From: Marsupella aquatica
Taxonomy: Eukaryota > Plantae > Marchantiophyta
Assembly (NCBI GenBank): GCA_973895155.1
Contig: OZ316891.1
Span: forward strand, 28,153,145 to 28,217,144
Length of the DNA: 64,000 nt
Reading direction: 5' to 3'
Shown here: piece after piece, positions 48,475 through 60,032 of the stretch
Layout of the letters: every line of letters begins with the position of its first letter
How positions within the stretch are numbered: the stretch's first letter is position 1
Position numbers and translations under genes: made by a program
The notes under the pieces: model-generated
The model's input: only the letters and a program-made list of their open reading frames with translations
The model's database searches: none
What the model was told of the DNA's origin: nothing

Positions 48475-48800
48475 GGTGAGCATGTGATGTTTCTTTTGCA
48501 TCGAAACCTGATCAAAGTATGGAAATAATATGATTGGTAAAGCAATGGTTTACAGGTGAGCATGAGATTTTCCTTTTGCATCGAAACCTGATCAAAGTAA
48601 GGAAATTATATGATTGGTCCAATGGTTTAGAGGGGAGCATGTGATTTCCCTTTTGCATTGAAACTTGGTCAAAAGTTAGGAAAATAAATATCATTCGTAA
48701 AGCTAAGTTCTGAAGTTGAACATGTGATTTTGCTTTAGATGGTTGAAAACCGGATCAAAGTAAGTGAATAAGAATATGATTGATAAAGCCATGTTCTGAA
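48475..48800. repeat. ~80-bp minisatellite (about 4 copies here, plus 1 copy at 46133-46221 split off by the MULE)
   Basis: gagcatgtgatttt.cttttgcatcgaaacctgatcaaagtaaggaaa...tgattggt repeated on both sides of the insertion. Confidence 0.85.
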
Positions 48801-49176
48801 GTAAAAGTAAGATTCCTCCATATGCTTTCACCTTTTTGCATCTCGTGTTACCAGCCAAGATACTGGGAGTTTTTATAGGGAGGGCTCCCTATACCCAGAC
48901 TCACTAGCATAGTCTAAACATTAAATTGTTAGATGCCAAACAGATTTTGACCTATTGCTTCACTTTACAAAGTAGGTCATGAAAAGTAGAATCTGAAGCA
49001 AATTATAAACAAAAGAGATATTAGTGTCCTATAGGGAAGAAAGCCCCAACCAGTCCCCTTCTTCCCAAAGGGACTTCCAGGCCCCCACTTCCCTGTAGCG
49101 GGGTACACAACATCATCAGTTATCTAAAAAAATTCATAATCTCAGTTGAGGAGTTGAGATGGGGCCTTTGAACTTC

Positions 49177-49565
49177 CGCGCATCTCAGCTGGGCAGCCAA
49201 GGTTGACTCAATCTCGGCTGACCTCGCCGAGATGGGCGTACGGACCGAAAAAAAATCCAAAAAAAAAAACCAAAAAAGTTTCCAGAAAAAAATAAGTTTT
49301 GAAAAAAAAAATTCGGAAATGCCTCACCGAGATGGGGCATACGGACCGAAAAAAATGGGAAAAAAAAACCACAAATTTTCGCAAAAAAAATTTGAATTTT
49401 TTTTTTCGGAAATCTTTTTCCCATCTCGGCTGGGCTCGCCGAAATAGGTGTCGGTACGATACGGCCGCCTCATGGCGAAAAAAATTTCAAAAAAAATAAG
49501 AGTTTTCCTTCAAAATTTGAAGAAAAAATTCAAGAATTTTTTTTCTTCATTTTTTTTTCGCATTG
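49177..49565. repeat. Foldback-like repeat of GC-rich motifs (ccgagatggg/cccatctcgg) separated by long A and T tracts
   Basis: Direct copies of ccgagatggg(g)c.tacggaccgaaaaaaa at about 49227 and 49327, inverted catctcggctg copies, and mirrored A-tract/T-tract blocks. Confidence 0.6.
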
Positions 49566-51118
49566 CAACTTGGCGGCCTCTTTGAGATGAGGTGGCAACT
49601 GATATCAGGTAGACTAATGAAAGTGAGTGATAACTGATGAGATTACCTATCTCCCCTGCAGCGCATCCCTTCCCCTTTGCAACTCCAATCCATAAAATTC
49701 TCCTCGTAATGTATTTATTCTTGCTGTCCAAGAGCTTTTCTTGACCTTTATATTTATTTGTTCATCTTGCGCAATCCCCTTCATAATGTATATATTCTTG
49801 TTCTCCCACAGTTTTTCTTTACCTTTGTAAATATTGTTCTGCCTGATCATAATTTCTCACAAAACCCCTTGTCCATTGCTCCAGAATGTTTCCATCCTAG
49901 TGGGTCTAAGATCAATTAGTGATAAATGTAGCGGAATTGGACACTCAAGTTGAGATTATGTACCTCTTCCAACCCAAAGAGTTTTCTACCACTCAAGGAG
50001 TACTGTACTTTTCTTTACCTTCTTTACCTCTCCTACTTACTTTATCAACAACTACTTTTCAATACTCTTGAATCTAAACTATAATTTGCTATCTAAGTCT
50101 ACATATCATGGCATATTGAGTAAAGGGAAGCTGAAGGCCATCATTTCCCTGGGATCAGAAGTTCTTTATATTTGTGAGTAGGTACGAGCATTGGGCTGGT
50201 GATCAGATAAGTATGCACTTGTTGGAAACCGTCAGCTCAGACTAGGCAGCAATGCGGAAACATGAGAATGCACACAATCTCAAACTACACCTACAAGACA
50301 CCAATGATGGAGAAACTCTTGAAGGATCCATAGCTCATGAGAAAGAACATGTGAAGAATGAGGGAGAGAATGCTCTCCCTCCAACCTATACCCTCCAAGG
50401 GGAACTAAGATGTGTGGGCCTAAATAAGTGAATCATATCCTAAACTAACCAAGGGTCAACTAACCCTAGTAAGGCCAAACTAACTAAAGCCGGGAACTGG
50501 AGTCAATTTCTAACGGCATTTTCCTCCTAAATCTAAATGAGGGCTTAAGAAATCTTCTACTGACCAATATTTCACATAATTTTGTATGCATGTTCCTCCT
50601 AAATCTAAAGTGAGGACTTAAGAAATCTTCTACTGACAATTTTTTTATATAATTTAGGATTCATGGATTTTAGGAAATCAGAGCTAGGTTCAAAGTGCAT
50701 GTTTAACCGATGGTGCACATGAGATCGTTTACTCAGGCAATCACTTATAATTGTAGTATATACCTACTTGTCCAATGCCCTTGCATTTTGCAGTTGCATA
50801 TGGTGACTGCAATGCTTCCAAACATAGCTGCTCCCTTTTCCCATTTGGGTGGTCGGCCTCCATTGATTTGGGGATAATGGGTGATGATGTGGAACTTTTC
50901 CTGGAACATTCTTGGCATCTTATCCTTCATACAAGGTAGCATTTGCCACAGGCCCAGGATGGGCAGAATTTGACTACGAAAGCTAGATAAAGATGTTGTG
51001 GTGGGAAGAGCATCAATTGATATGGGAGAGCATCTAGGTTGACCACCAAATTGAATGCTCCCGAATGTACCAGCTGCCTACTCCCATTTGTTGAGAAAGA
51101 CTCAACTCGTAATGACAT

Positions 51119-52945
51119 TTTTTATTTATTTTAAAATATTTTGTTTCAAAGGAAAAAAAACAGACGCGGACCCAGGGACAACCGCCGCCCGGGACACAGC
51201 AAGCCAAACACCTCATCCGGCCAAGAGACAGAGGGCAGCCACATGCGGCCGGTCACCCCACGGTCCCTGTAATAATGCCCGTTAACAATTCTACCCCTAT
51301 TAGGAGGGTGTAAGTAAACAAGGTACTCAGAATTTCTTTGTTGGCTGTCCTTAGGAGTCCAGGCACTTGTGGTATGAGTGCCCTCACACTTAACAGCCAT
51401 AAACCTATCTCTAGCGTAGTCAGCAATGTGAACAATACCATACCATCTATCACTCCTACGGAAGTGCCGCTCGGGCTTAAAACCACATTCACCAAAATCA
51501 TCAATCTTCATAGTTGAGAGAGTTAAGAGCGATGGGGCTGTCAGTCTTCTCCCACGGGGCAAGGATGATGCTAAGTTATGCCAGAGCCGTCCTGATCTGT
51601 TTCTTTTTTTTTGTTGGAGTTGCAGTTAGTGAGCATAACTCTCAGGTGCATTTCCGTATGTCTGAGAGACACCCACCCTGGGAGGCGCCCAAGGAATTGA
51701 GAGTATGTGGCCGCTTTCCTCTCTTTCCAGATATTGCTACTGTGACACCTGAATTTTTCGCAAAATCAATGGAAGATGGAAATAAGATGCAAAGTTCACG
51801 AATTAATTGCATTTTGGTACCCAAATGCCCAACTTTACCTTGCTGACAATACTTATGAAGGACGCTTCTGAGAGGTGTCCCATGGAGACCAAACTTATGT
51901 ATTTCGAAGACAGATTTTTGTTACCCATTTACCCTAGTTATTTAGTGATCTTTTTCTACCTTAGTTTAGTACTCAATTTTTATTACCTTTTTTCTAAGTT
52001 TTGAAAAGGCATGACTTTTCATTTCCCCTTTTTATGCTCCACTTAGACCTATAAGATTATTGTTTTCCTTTTTGTTTTTCAGTGAAGCTTGTATTCACTA
52101 TTGCAAACTTTTGCAAGTTTCCCTCATTCCTTTGTAATCATTACTTTCGAGAATGATTTATGAATGAAGTAAAACACTTCCTTTGTGATGTAATGAATTT
52201 ATTTCAGAAGATTCCTGTTGGTGCCTGAATTTTCATTACAGATTTCCAAGATCAGATGAATTCAAATTAGGATTGCTTGTGGGTCAAGAATCGCTAAGAA
52301 TTCAATGATAAATGTGGATAAAAAGGAGCAAGATTCTGATTTCAGAATAGTTAGTACCGTTACCCTTACTTTGGCATACCCACTAGTGATAGATCGGAGT
52401 TGCGTATCGCCGAAGTTCTATCCATGTTGACGGCATTTTAGTGAGTATCATTGTATCGGTCACCAGAAAGCTACTTTGGTGTTGGTGAGCATTTATCCTT
52501 TCTGTTTATATTTTCATGGTGATGGAGAAAAGCAATTGAGGCGAGATTTGTTACAATCTTGTTAACACAATAAGACCAGAATCCTTTTTGAAGGAGTGGC
52601 AGTGGAGATTCAATCCATTGGACTTCGGTTCTAAAAGCTTTTCCATAATCCATGACTTGGAAATTAATCTTTTCTGTTCATTTTGTTAGTTTATCCATTT
52701 GTTTCTCTTTTGTCTGAAGATTTGGTTGAGTGATACTCTTAAGTCTTCAAAATAGTTAGAATCATTCAATCCATTCCTTTTCTAGTTCTTAAAGGGATTG
52801 AAATCTTGGTCTTTAAGTGAGAAGTGTCACTTTGGATTCTTCCCACTATACCACAGCTACACAACTCCATTATCATAATAACCGGGCCCGATTTCCTGGG
52901 CGATTTCCTTTTTTGCCGAATGATGGCACCAAAGATGGCCTCATT
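51119..52945 (-). mobile_element. 5'-truncated L1-like LINE with a 15-bp TSD and A-rich tail, interrupted by a solo LTR
   Basis: TSD AACTCGTAATGACAT at 51104-51118 and 52946-52960. T-rich tract from 51119 (poly-A-like on the minus strand). Removing the solo LTR restores MELCSNIWKERK, like the L1 ORF2 IWKERN motif. Confidence 0.75.
51741..52855. mobile_element. Solo LTR, 1115 bp
   Basis: Begins TGTGACA and ends TACCACA (TG...CA, imperfect terminal inverted repeat). Flanked by the 5-bp TSD GCTAC (51736-51740 and 52856-52860). No internal coding region. Confidence 0.85.
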
Positions 52946-53084
52946 AACTCGTAATGACATGCACATGACCATTCAACAAACAAGTAATTGACACAAGAAA
53001 TATGTAATTCACCTTTGATGAGGTTACATCCACAAAATTATATATCAATCCGCCTCCAATTTCATATTCGGGACAATATTAATT

Positions 53085-53978
53085 TGTATACGGGTTCTCG
53101 TTGCCATGTGGCAAGTTGCTACTGGCTAGCCTTAACCCGCCGTGACCAGACCCTCAGTCTCCCTTCCCCTTCCACGTTGAGGAACACAATCGCAGGTCCA
53201 GGAAGGGTGAAAACACTTTGGGTTTTGCTCCACACTCCCCTCACACAACCCCGATGCTTTAGGCCCTCAATTTTTTTTCAGGAAAATGCAGTGAGGAAGG
53301 GGAACAGGGGCCGAGGGGGGGTTGTGGTGGGTTAAGGCTAGCCAGTAGCAAGTTACCACATGACAACAGGAACTCATATATGAGTTAATACTAAGTAACC
53401 CAAAAACAATATGGGGGCGGGTTGATAGATTATTGAATTTGTTTTGGGGACACGTTAGTAGAAGGCTGAAAAGAGAAATCCTCAAAACTAACCCTGGGTT
53501 CGAACCAGTGAGGTTCCCACCTGGTTTGTAAGGGAGGAACAGCAACAACGGTTAAGGCTAGCCTGTAACAAGTTGTCACATGACAACGGGAACTCGTATA
53601 TGAGTTAATACTAACCCAAATACAAAATGGGGCCAAGTTGATAGATAATTTTGTTTTTGGGACTCCTAGTAAAAAGCTGAAAAGAGAAAACCTCAAAACT
53701 AAGCTGAAAAGAGAAAGCCTCTAAACTAACCCTGGGTTCGAACCAGTGAGGTTCCCAACTGGTTCGCAAGGCAGGAAGAGCAACAATGGTTAAGGCTAGC
53801 CACATGACAGACTGAACTATTTTATGAGTTAATACTAACCCAAATACAAAATGGGGCCAAGATGATATAAATTTTGTTGTGGGGACGCCTTAGTAACCAG
53901 CTGAAAAGAGGAAAAATCTCAAAACTAACCCTGGGTTCGAACCAGTGAGGTTCCCGCACGGAGGAAGAGCAACAACAA
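53085..53978. repeat. Inverted-repeat (MITE-like) unit followed by three 220-240-bp tandem repeats upstream of CFAP20
   Basis: 53089-53138 is inverted relative to 53330-53380. The unit ggttaaggctagcc...aaccctgggttcgaaccagtgaggttccc starts at about 53330, 53550 and 53788. Confidence 0.8.
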
Positions 53979-56185
53979 ACGCAAAGATGGAGCACACTCT
54001 CCAAAGCGCAACATTGGCGATGCGAACTCACGGTTTCACTGAGGAATCAGCACCGGCCGAGAGCAGAGATACGAAGCGAGCTCAAGGGTTTCAGAGGAAG
54101 AAAAAGAGCGCAATTGGGCGGACGAGTACACTGATCACGGAGTTGACCGTCAATCAAGTTCCCGTGCTTCTGCCGGCACGCGTCTGTCTGGATGCCACCG
54201 GTAATCAGCGTTCTTCGGAGTCGGACGACGATTGTTGCCTCCCCGAGACGGCCTCGTCCCGGTTCCGTTGCCAACCCGAACCTAAATGCAATTCAGCACT
54301 CAGCTCGCTCGCTCCCAGACTTGCGCTTATAACTGTTGCTATCTCATTCCATTCCTCTACTGGGAGGTTCCTTCGTTCCTTACTGTGCTCGCGCTGGCTG
54401 GCTGAGCCGGGGTCACACGTTTCTGGTGAACACACGGAAAGCAAAGCACCTTCGTGCGTCGGGTAGGCCGGGGAAAGCGTAGCGTTCTTCGGTGTTGCTT
54501 CTTCGGCGGCGTACTTGATGTGTAGGTGGGCGGATTTGGCTGTTTGGTGCACTGGGAGAGGAGGAGAGAGCGCGAACTAAGGAGGCAGGTGGTGGTGGTG
54601 GTGGTGGCTGTGGATGAAGTGATAGGAGGGATGCGTGCGTGACCAAACCTCGGACCGGGATTGCTGCTTCTGCTGTTGTGGTGGTTGTAAATTGGGCAGT
54701 CGTCACCAAGGGACCTTCAGTTCAGTCTGCTTTCGAAGATTTCCTGCAAGGAGCGGAGATTGTCGGAGAATTTTGTTACTGGCCTTGAGGGAGGAGGCAA
54801 TTGTGAGTTAGGGTGGGAGGGGAGCAGGGGGAGGGGGAAGGGGAAGGGGAGAAAGAAGGTCAGGCTCAATGCGAAGGCAGCAGCAGGGACCTACCCCGTC
54901 GTTGCTGACACGGGCGGTAGATTCAGTTTTCGCGTTCGTTCGTCTGGCGGAATTCGAAATCCTTTTCGTCTTTTTCTTCGTGCTCGTCTATATCTTCTTC
55001 AGGGATTTGGTACGATTGCTTTCTTGCTCGAATTATTCCGGGTGCATCTTTGTTTTGAACATCTCACAATTAGGCAGACTACTTGTGTCCTTTGTATTTC
55101 TCTCTGGCAAGTTGCTAACTAGGGGTAGAGAGAATACTCGTTGTGTTCCCACCCATTGCAGATAAATGAATTTGCTAGTCACAAAATTTGAGTCAAACAA
55201 ACTGAAGCTAGGTGATGCGCCCAAGGTGCCCCCATAAGAGGCTCGACCTGAGAAATTTTCATTTATTCAGTCATTTTTGTGCACCTAAAATTTCCCTTTT
55301 CCTCGTTTGAGTCTTTGCCTTCGCTCAACAGGGCCTTGGTCCTTTGTTTTCGCTTGCTCTCCAACTTCTCCTTCTCCTCGGCAATTAGTGTGTGCAAACC
55401 TTTGCTGCTAAATCTTATCAGTTTTTTTAGAATTTACTGATAAATCTCCGTTGGAAGAAACAAATGATCACGTAATCTTTCTAGGACGCTTGAAGCCGTT
55501 GGTGTCCATTTGACATGAAAGCAATTACTTCAGCATTTCCTCTGAGTGGCCCTGAAGTCGTTCTTTGGCAGTCACTTTCCATGAGTTCAAGACAGGAAAG
55601 AAAGAAAGGGAAAGTGGCTGGTAGGCTAGAACGAAGGGTCTCCATTTATTCAATCATGTCTTCGGTCAATCGTCAATCGTGCACTTATCTCGGGTGTCCT
55701 ATCGCTGAAGTTGGCACCTCTCAAAGCTAAATGAATTTTCACCAGCGCACGCGTGAGATACCCGTTGTTACCAGTTACAAACACTTTGTGTACGGAATGA
55801 CCTTAGCTTATTTTTGTTGGACCATTTTAGTGCACTTCTATCCGCATTCTCACAATGTAGTAGTCAAGCTACAGTACAGGGTGAATGACGGGAACTTCTC
55901 TCAGCGTTTGATTTTGAGGAAGATGGTTGGCTTCATAAGTTATACATAATTTTCTCGAGAAAGCCTTGGTAGCAAAGATGTCTGTATCTCTTCTGCTGTT
56001 GATCGTTCTTCGTCTGCGGTTCTTTTAATGCTAATGTACGATTGAATGATTGATCTCCCATCTTCTTAGTGCAGTGATTTCCCTTGCCTTGACACTTTCG
56101 TTGCGTGCACTCGCAGACTGCTCGACCTGAGTACAACCAAATCCTCTCTAAAAGTAAGGTTGAGCATCGGTTTCCCAACTGAGAG

Positions 56186-58169
56186 ATGTTCAGGAATACG
56201 TTCCAGTCGGGCTTCCTGTCTATCCTCTACAGCATAGGGTAAGCTTTGTGATTTTTGTGGAGGAGTAGACGTTCTGGCTTCACAAAAATTATTTCGTTTA
56301 GTAACTAAGTGGAGTACATGCAAACTACTTGCAGGAAGCTCGTTTGTTAGTTTTTTGTCCTAAATGTGAGACGGTGATTCTGATGATTTGTGACTATTGT
56401 GTGCACTACTGAAAATTGATTTGTCCCATTTCGTGTCCTTGAACGTCGGATGGCAGAAGCAAGCCACTGCAGATATGGGATAAAGAAGGTGTGTTCCGCT
56501 ATCATTCCTTTGGTTGTTTTTGTTGGTTAGATACCCGATCTAAACGCAAAGACTACTGTACTCTTATTGCCAGCAATCTGACAATGTTTTTCATCTATAT
56601 CCCAGAACTTCTACGCTTGCACTTAAATGGCACCCGCTCATCTTTTACAGCCATAGAATTTTCCCTCGGGAATCAGGAGAGGTCACTGTAAAGAGGTCTA
56701 TCGTTGCCTGGTTGTCTAAGTTTGTTCTTGTATTTAGGCTGGTGCTCTGTGGCGATCTTCGAGCACCCTGCAGCATTGGGAAATCGCAGTGGTTATCTTA
56801 ATCTCAATCGTTGTGTTCATGATCGCAGTGGTGAATGGACACATCAAGAGGGTAACCGATGAGGATATCCAATCAAGTGTTTTGGAGATTATGGGTACAA
56901 ATGTTAGCACGAACTTCATAACGTGCCCAGCAGATCCTGGAGCAACACTGGGGATCAAGCTGCCATTTCTTGTGATGATCATCAAGAACCTTAAGAAGTA
57001 CTTCACGTTTGAAGTACAGGTGCTCGATGACAAGAATGTTCGCCGACGATTCCGAGCTTCCAACTATCAGGTAGGCTTTATGTCTTGCTAAGCTTCATCA
57101 TGATGTTTGTTCTATATGATCATGACATTTAAGGTCAGGCGAAAGAATTAGGGATTAAGATGTGCTCCTCTAAAGATCTTGGATTTTCTTGGTTGTTGTT
57201 TGAGACTCTTGTTCTAAGTTGTTGGTTCTCACACTCAGCCAAGGACTGGATTGACGATTGTCTTGTGGGCCTTAGTTTTCCATGAAGGATTTTGTTTTGG
57301 TTGGGTCTCTATGCACTAAACATGTATCAAGCTTATATGTAAAGTGAGTGACAAACTTCGCAACGCTTTTTTACTGAGAGGAAGGTGAAAGGGTTCCAAC
57401 AGGCTTGAACGATCTACATGGCTAAATATTGGAGCCCTAAAAAATAAAACAGAAAACATGACTTCACAATTTTTTTTGATTGGTAGTTCTATCTCTCAAT
57501 GTGAGATCCTGAACTGCCAGTTTCCCATATTTTCATGTTATTTTTCTGTTTCGTAGCAAATAATTCTATGGAGGTAGAAGGGTGTGCCTGGAATGTCTTT
57601 TACAGACAGGGTTATTGACAAAAGAGTTGTCCAAAATGTTGGCCTCTATGTTAAGAAGCTGTCTCCCTTCGTAAGTGAGAAGTAGACTCATCCGACTCAT
57701 CCAGCAAGGCAAGAATGGTTCTCATGCTCAATGTTGTCATTTCTTTGCAGTCTTCTACACGTGTCAGACCGTTTATTTGCACCATGCCGATGAGACTAGA
57801 CGAAGGATGGAATCAAATACAATTCAATCTCTCTGACTTCACCCGACGTGCTTATGGCACAAACTATGTAGAAACCTTGCGTGTCCAAGTTCATGCAAAT
57901 TGTCGCATTCGACGTATCTACTTTTCTGATCGCCTATATTCAGAGGAAGAACTGCCTCCTGAATTCAAGCTCTTCTTGCCGATTCAGGTATGATTCAAAA
58001 TCCTAAAAATGATTTTTCTGGACAAGGAAATTATCTTCATGTAGAATTCGCAATGTTCTGAAGTGAAGGTTGTCGGTTAGGAGGAAGCTTGGCTTTCGTT
58101 GATATGGCCTGCTGTCAACAATTGTCCTCTATCGTTAGTTTTATTTCTCTGGACTCATTGCAGAGGTAG
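56186..58169 (+). CDS. CFAP20: Cilia- and flagella-associated protein 20 (BUG22/FAP20), 189 aa
   Basis: Exons 56186-56238, 56457-56488, 56829-57070, 57751-57987 and 58164-58169, all GT-AG and in phase. [36 protein letters not shown]...[45 protein letters not shown]. Confidence 0.97.
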
Positions 58170-60032
58170 ACTCAAAAATGACAGTCTATACTCCCTCCGG
58201 ACATGATTCCTGACTGAGTAGAAAATCTTTATTTATGGGAGTTAGTGTTGGCTAACCAATCCATTGTTCTCTCAGTCATGGCTGAGAGAATCTGTTCGGA
58301 GCCACGGATATACCTCCCACGTTCAAATGCCCCTGGGGACTGCTCACATATTTCAGGACTCGTATGACTTGTTGTGCAGAAAACTTGACACGATTCGGAT
58401 AGATGGAGTTACTAGATTCAAACATCAAAGTCGACATTGTGCATCGTAAACCCGACATGTTGATCCTTGAGCAGCTGCGAAGATCCTGTCAGATTACTCT
58501 GTGTTCTAACGTTGGGCTTAAACCCAAATGATTCTGGTAAGATAAGACGCAACGTACGGTTGACGAACAGTTTTGTTTCGATGTGCCGAATTTCTCCGAT
58601 TTTAAGCTCTAAAGCCTGAGTGGCACCCGATGGATGTACGATGATGGAATGAGAGTTGAACCTTGCAGTCTCTTAGTATCCACACCAGTGGTGAATAAAT
58701 GAGTTTGTTCATTTCGCTGATTGGTGGAGGACGAAGTTCATCTCTCAGAGCTTCCATCAGATGTATCATTCCACTGTTGACATAGTTTTGCACTTGAAGT
58801 CCGATCTTCACCCAGTGCTGACGTGTTTCGTCTATTGTCAATCTCGTCCAGCTAGTCCTTTGACTTGCGAAACATGAACGTAATGAATGAAATTGTTGAG
58901 AAAAGTTTACCGAGTTTCCGACGAGAATAAGCTGAAATGAATTTCAAACTGCTTGGCATTAAGAAGGACGTTCTGCTGAGAGACATGTGCTTCACCAATG
59001 TTGCATGATCATGAAATTTGTTTGATACGAAACTGGGGCAACAACGGGCGGTTGCTTCGGTTGATTCCATATATTTTTATTTCACAGCGAGAAGAACCTC
59101 CCACATCGTTAAGCTTCAATTTGCAAGTTGTAAGCCGAGCGGCGTGGTTGGTCGTAAGGGGCTAATAATTGGTTGAGAATGTAGGTATACATTTCTGAGG
59201 AGTCTGCTCGGATAAGGTATATAGGGTGGTACCCACCAGCATCAAGTGAACAGGCCATACTCGCAAAGCCCTCAATCTTACAGCCCGCATAATTGTAGAG
59301 AAGCAGCTCCAGCAAGAAAGGAGAGACGTAGGATGGGGAGAGGGATTCGCACACGCCATGAAGGATTTCACTAACAAGTAATGATCCCTCAATCGACCAC
59401 ATTTTACATTCGATATGCAATGAGCTGCTCCCCTCCATATAGTGTACGCAGGAACGGGGACAAGAATTTCTATGCCGTGGCGTCCTTTTATAGTCAAGCT
59501 AGTACTAGTATTTTAGTAGTGGTATCGGAAACAGTTTCTTGAGCACCCTCCAATAACGTAAAGAGCAAACAAGTCCAGGCGCGAAGCGCGAACGATCCAA
59601 TCTTGCACCCTCCAACATCTTAACGAGCCGACAATTCCAGACGTGAGGCGAATGAACGCCTTGCAAGACTGCATTTCTTTCAAGTATGGACGAAAATGTC
59701 TTGACGAAACGCGGAATTTAGTATATGGATTCTAAGAATGAGCCAAGTGAACGGATTAGTGAGGTAAACGAATGACGGGGAAAAGCATTCACAAGAGTTT
59801 TACACATTCAGCACTGTGTATTGTTTCCTCTCAGAGGAATCGAGGGTCTTATTACTACCACTGATGTGGTGCGCATAAACTAGAAGAGTTTATTATTAAA
59901 GGGATTGAACCCAACACGGCAGAATGGACGTCTTTGTCAACCAATTAACGGGTAAAGCAATTAGGCCGTCATTGTTCAGCCCCATCTCCTTTCATTCACA
60001 CGATAAAACACATCCATCACTCAATGCGAGTA

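Larger units (their letters stand above)
50740..53035 (-). mobile_element. LTR-retrotransposon integrase relic (Ty3/gypsy-like), split by later insertions: pieces at about 52961-53035 and 50740-51103
   Basis: Translations resemble integrase core motifs: NYLFVEWSCA (like DYFSKWVEA) and FHIITHYPQINGG (like YHPQTNGQ). Degenerate. Confidence 0.5.

Noticed and set aside
49900-50450. Possible LTR end, primer-binding site and gag start
   Set aside because: Only a vague ...CA-TGG junction. No matching second LTR, no TSD and no convincing gag motif.
53945-54709. 173-aa and 115-aa ORFs upstream of CFAP20
   Set aside because: GC-rich promoter/leader region, non-ATG starts for several of them, and no recognisable homology.
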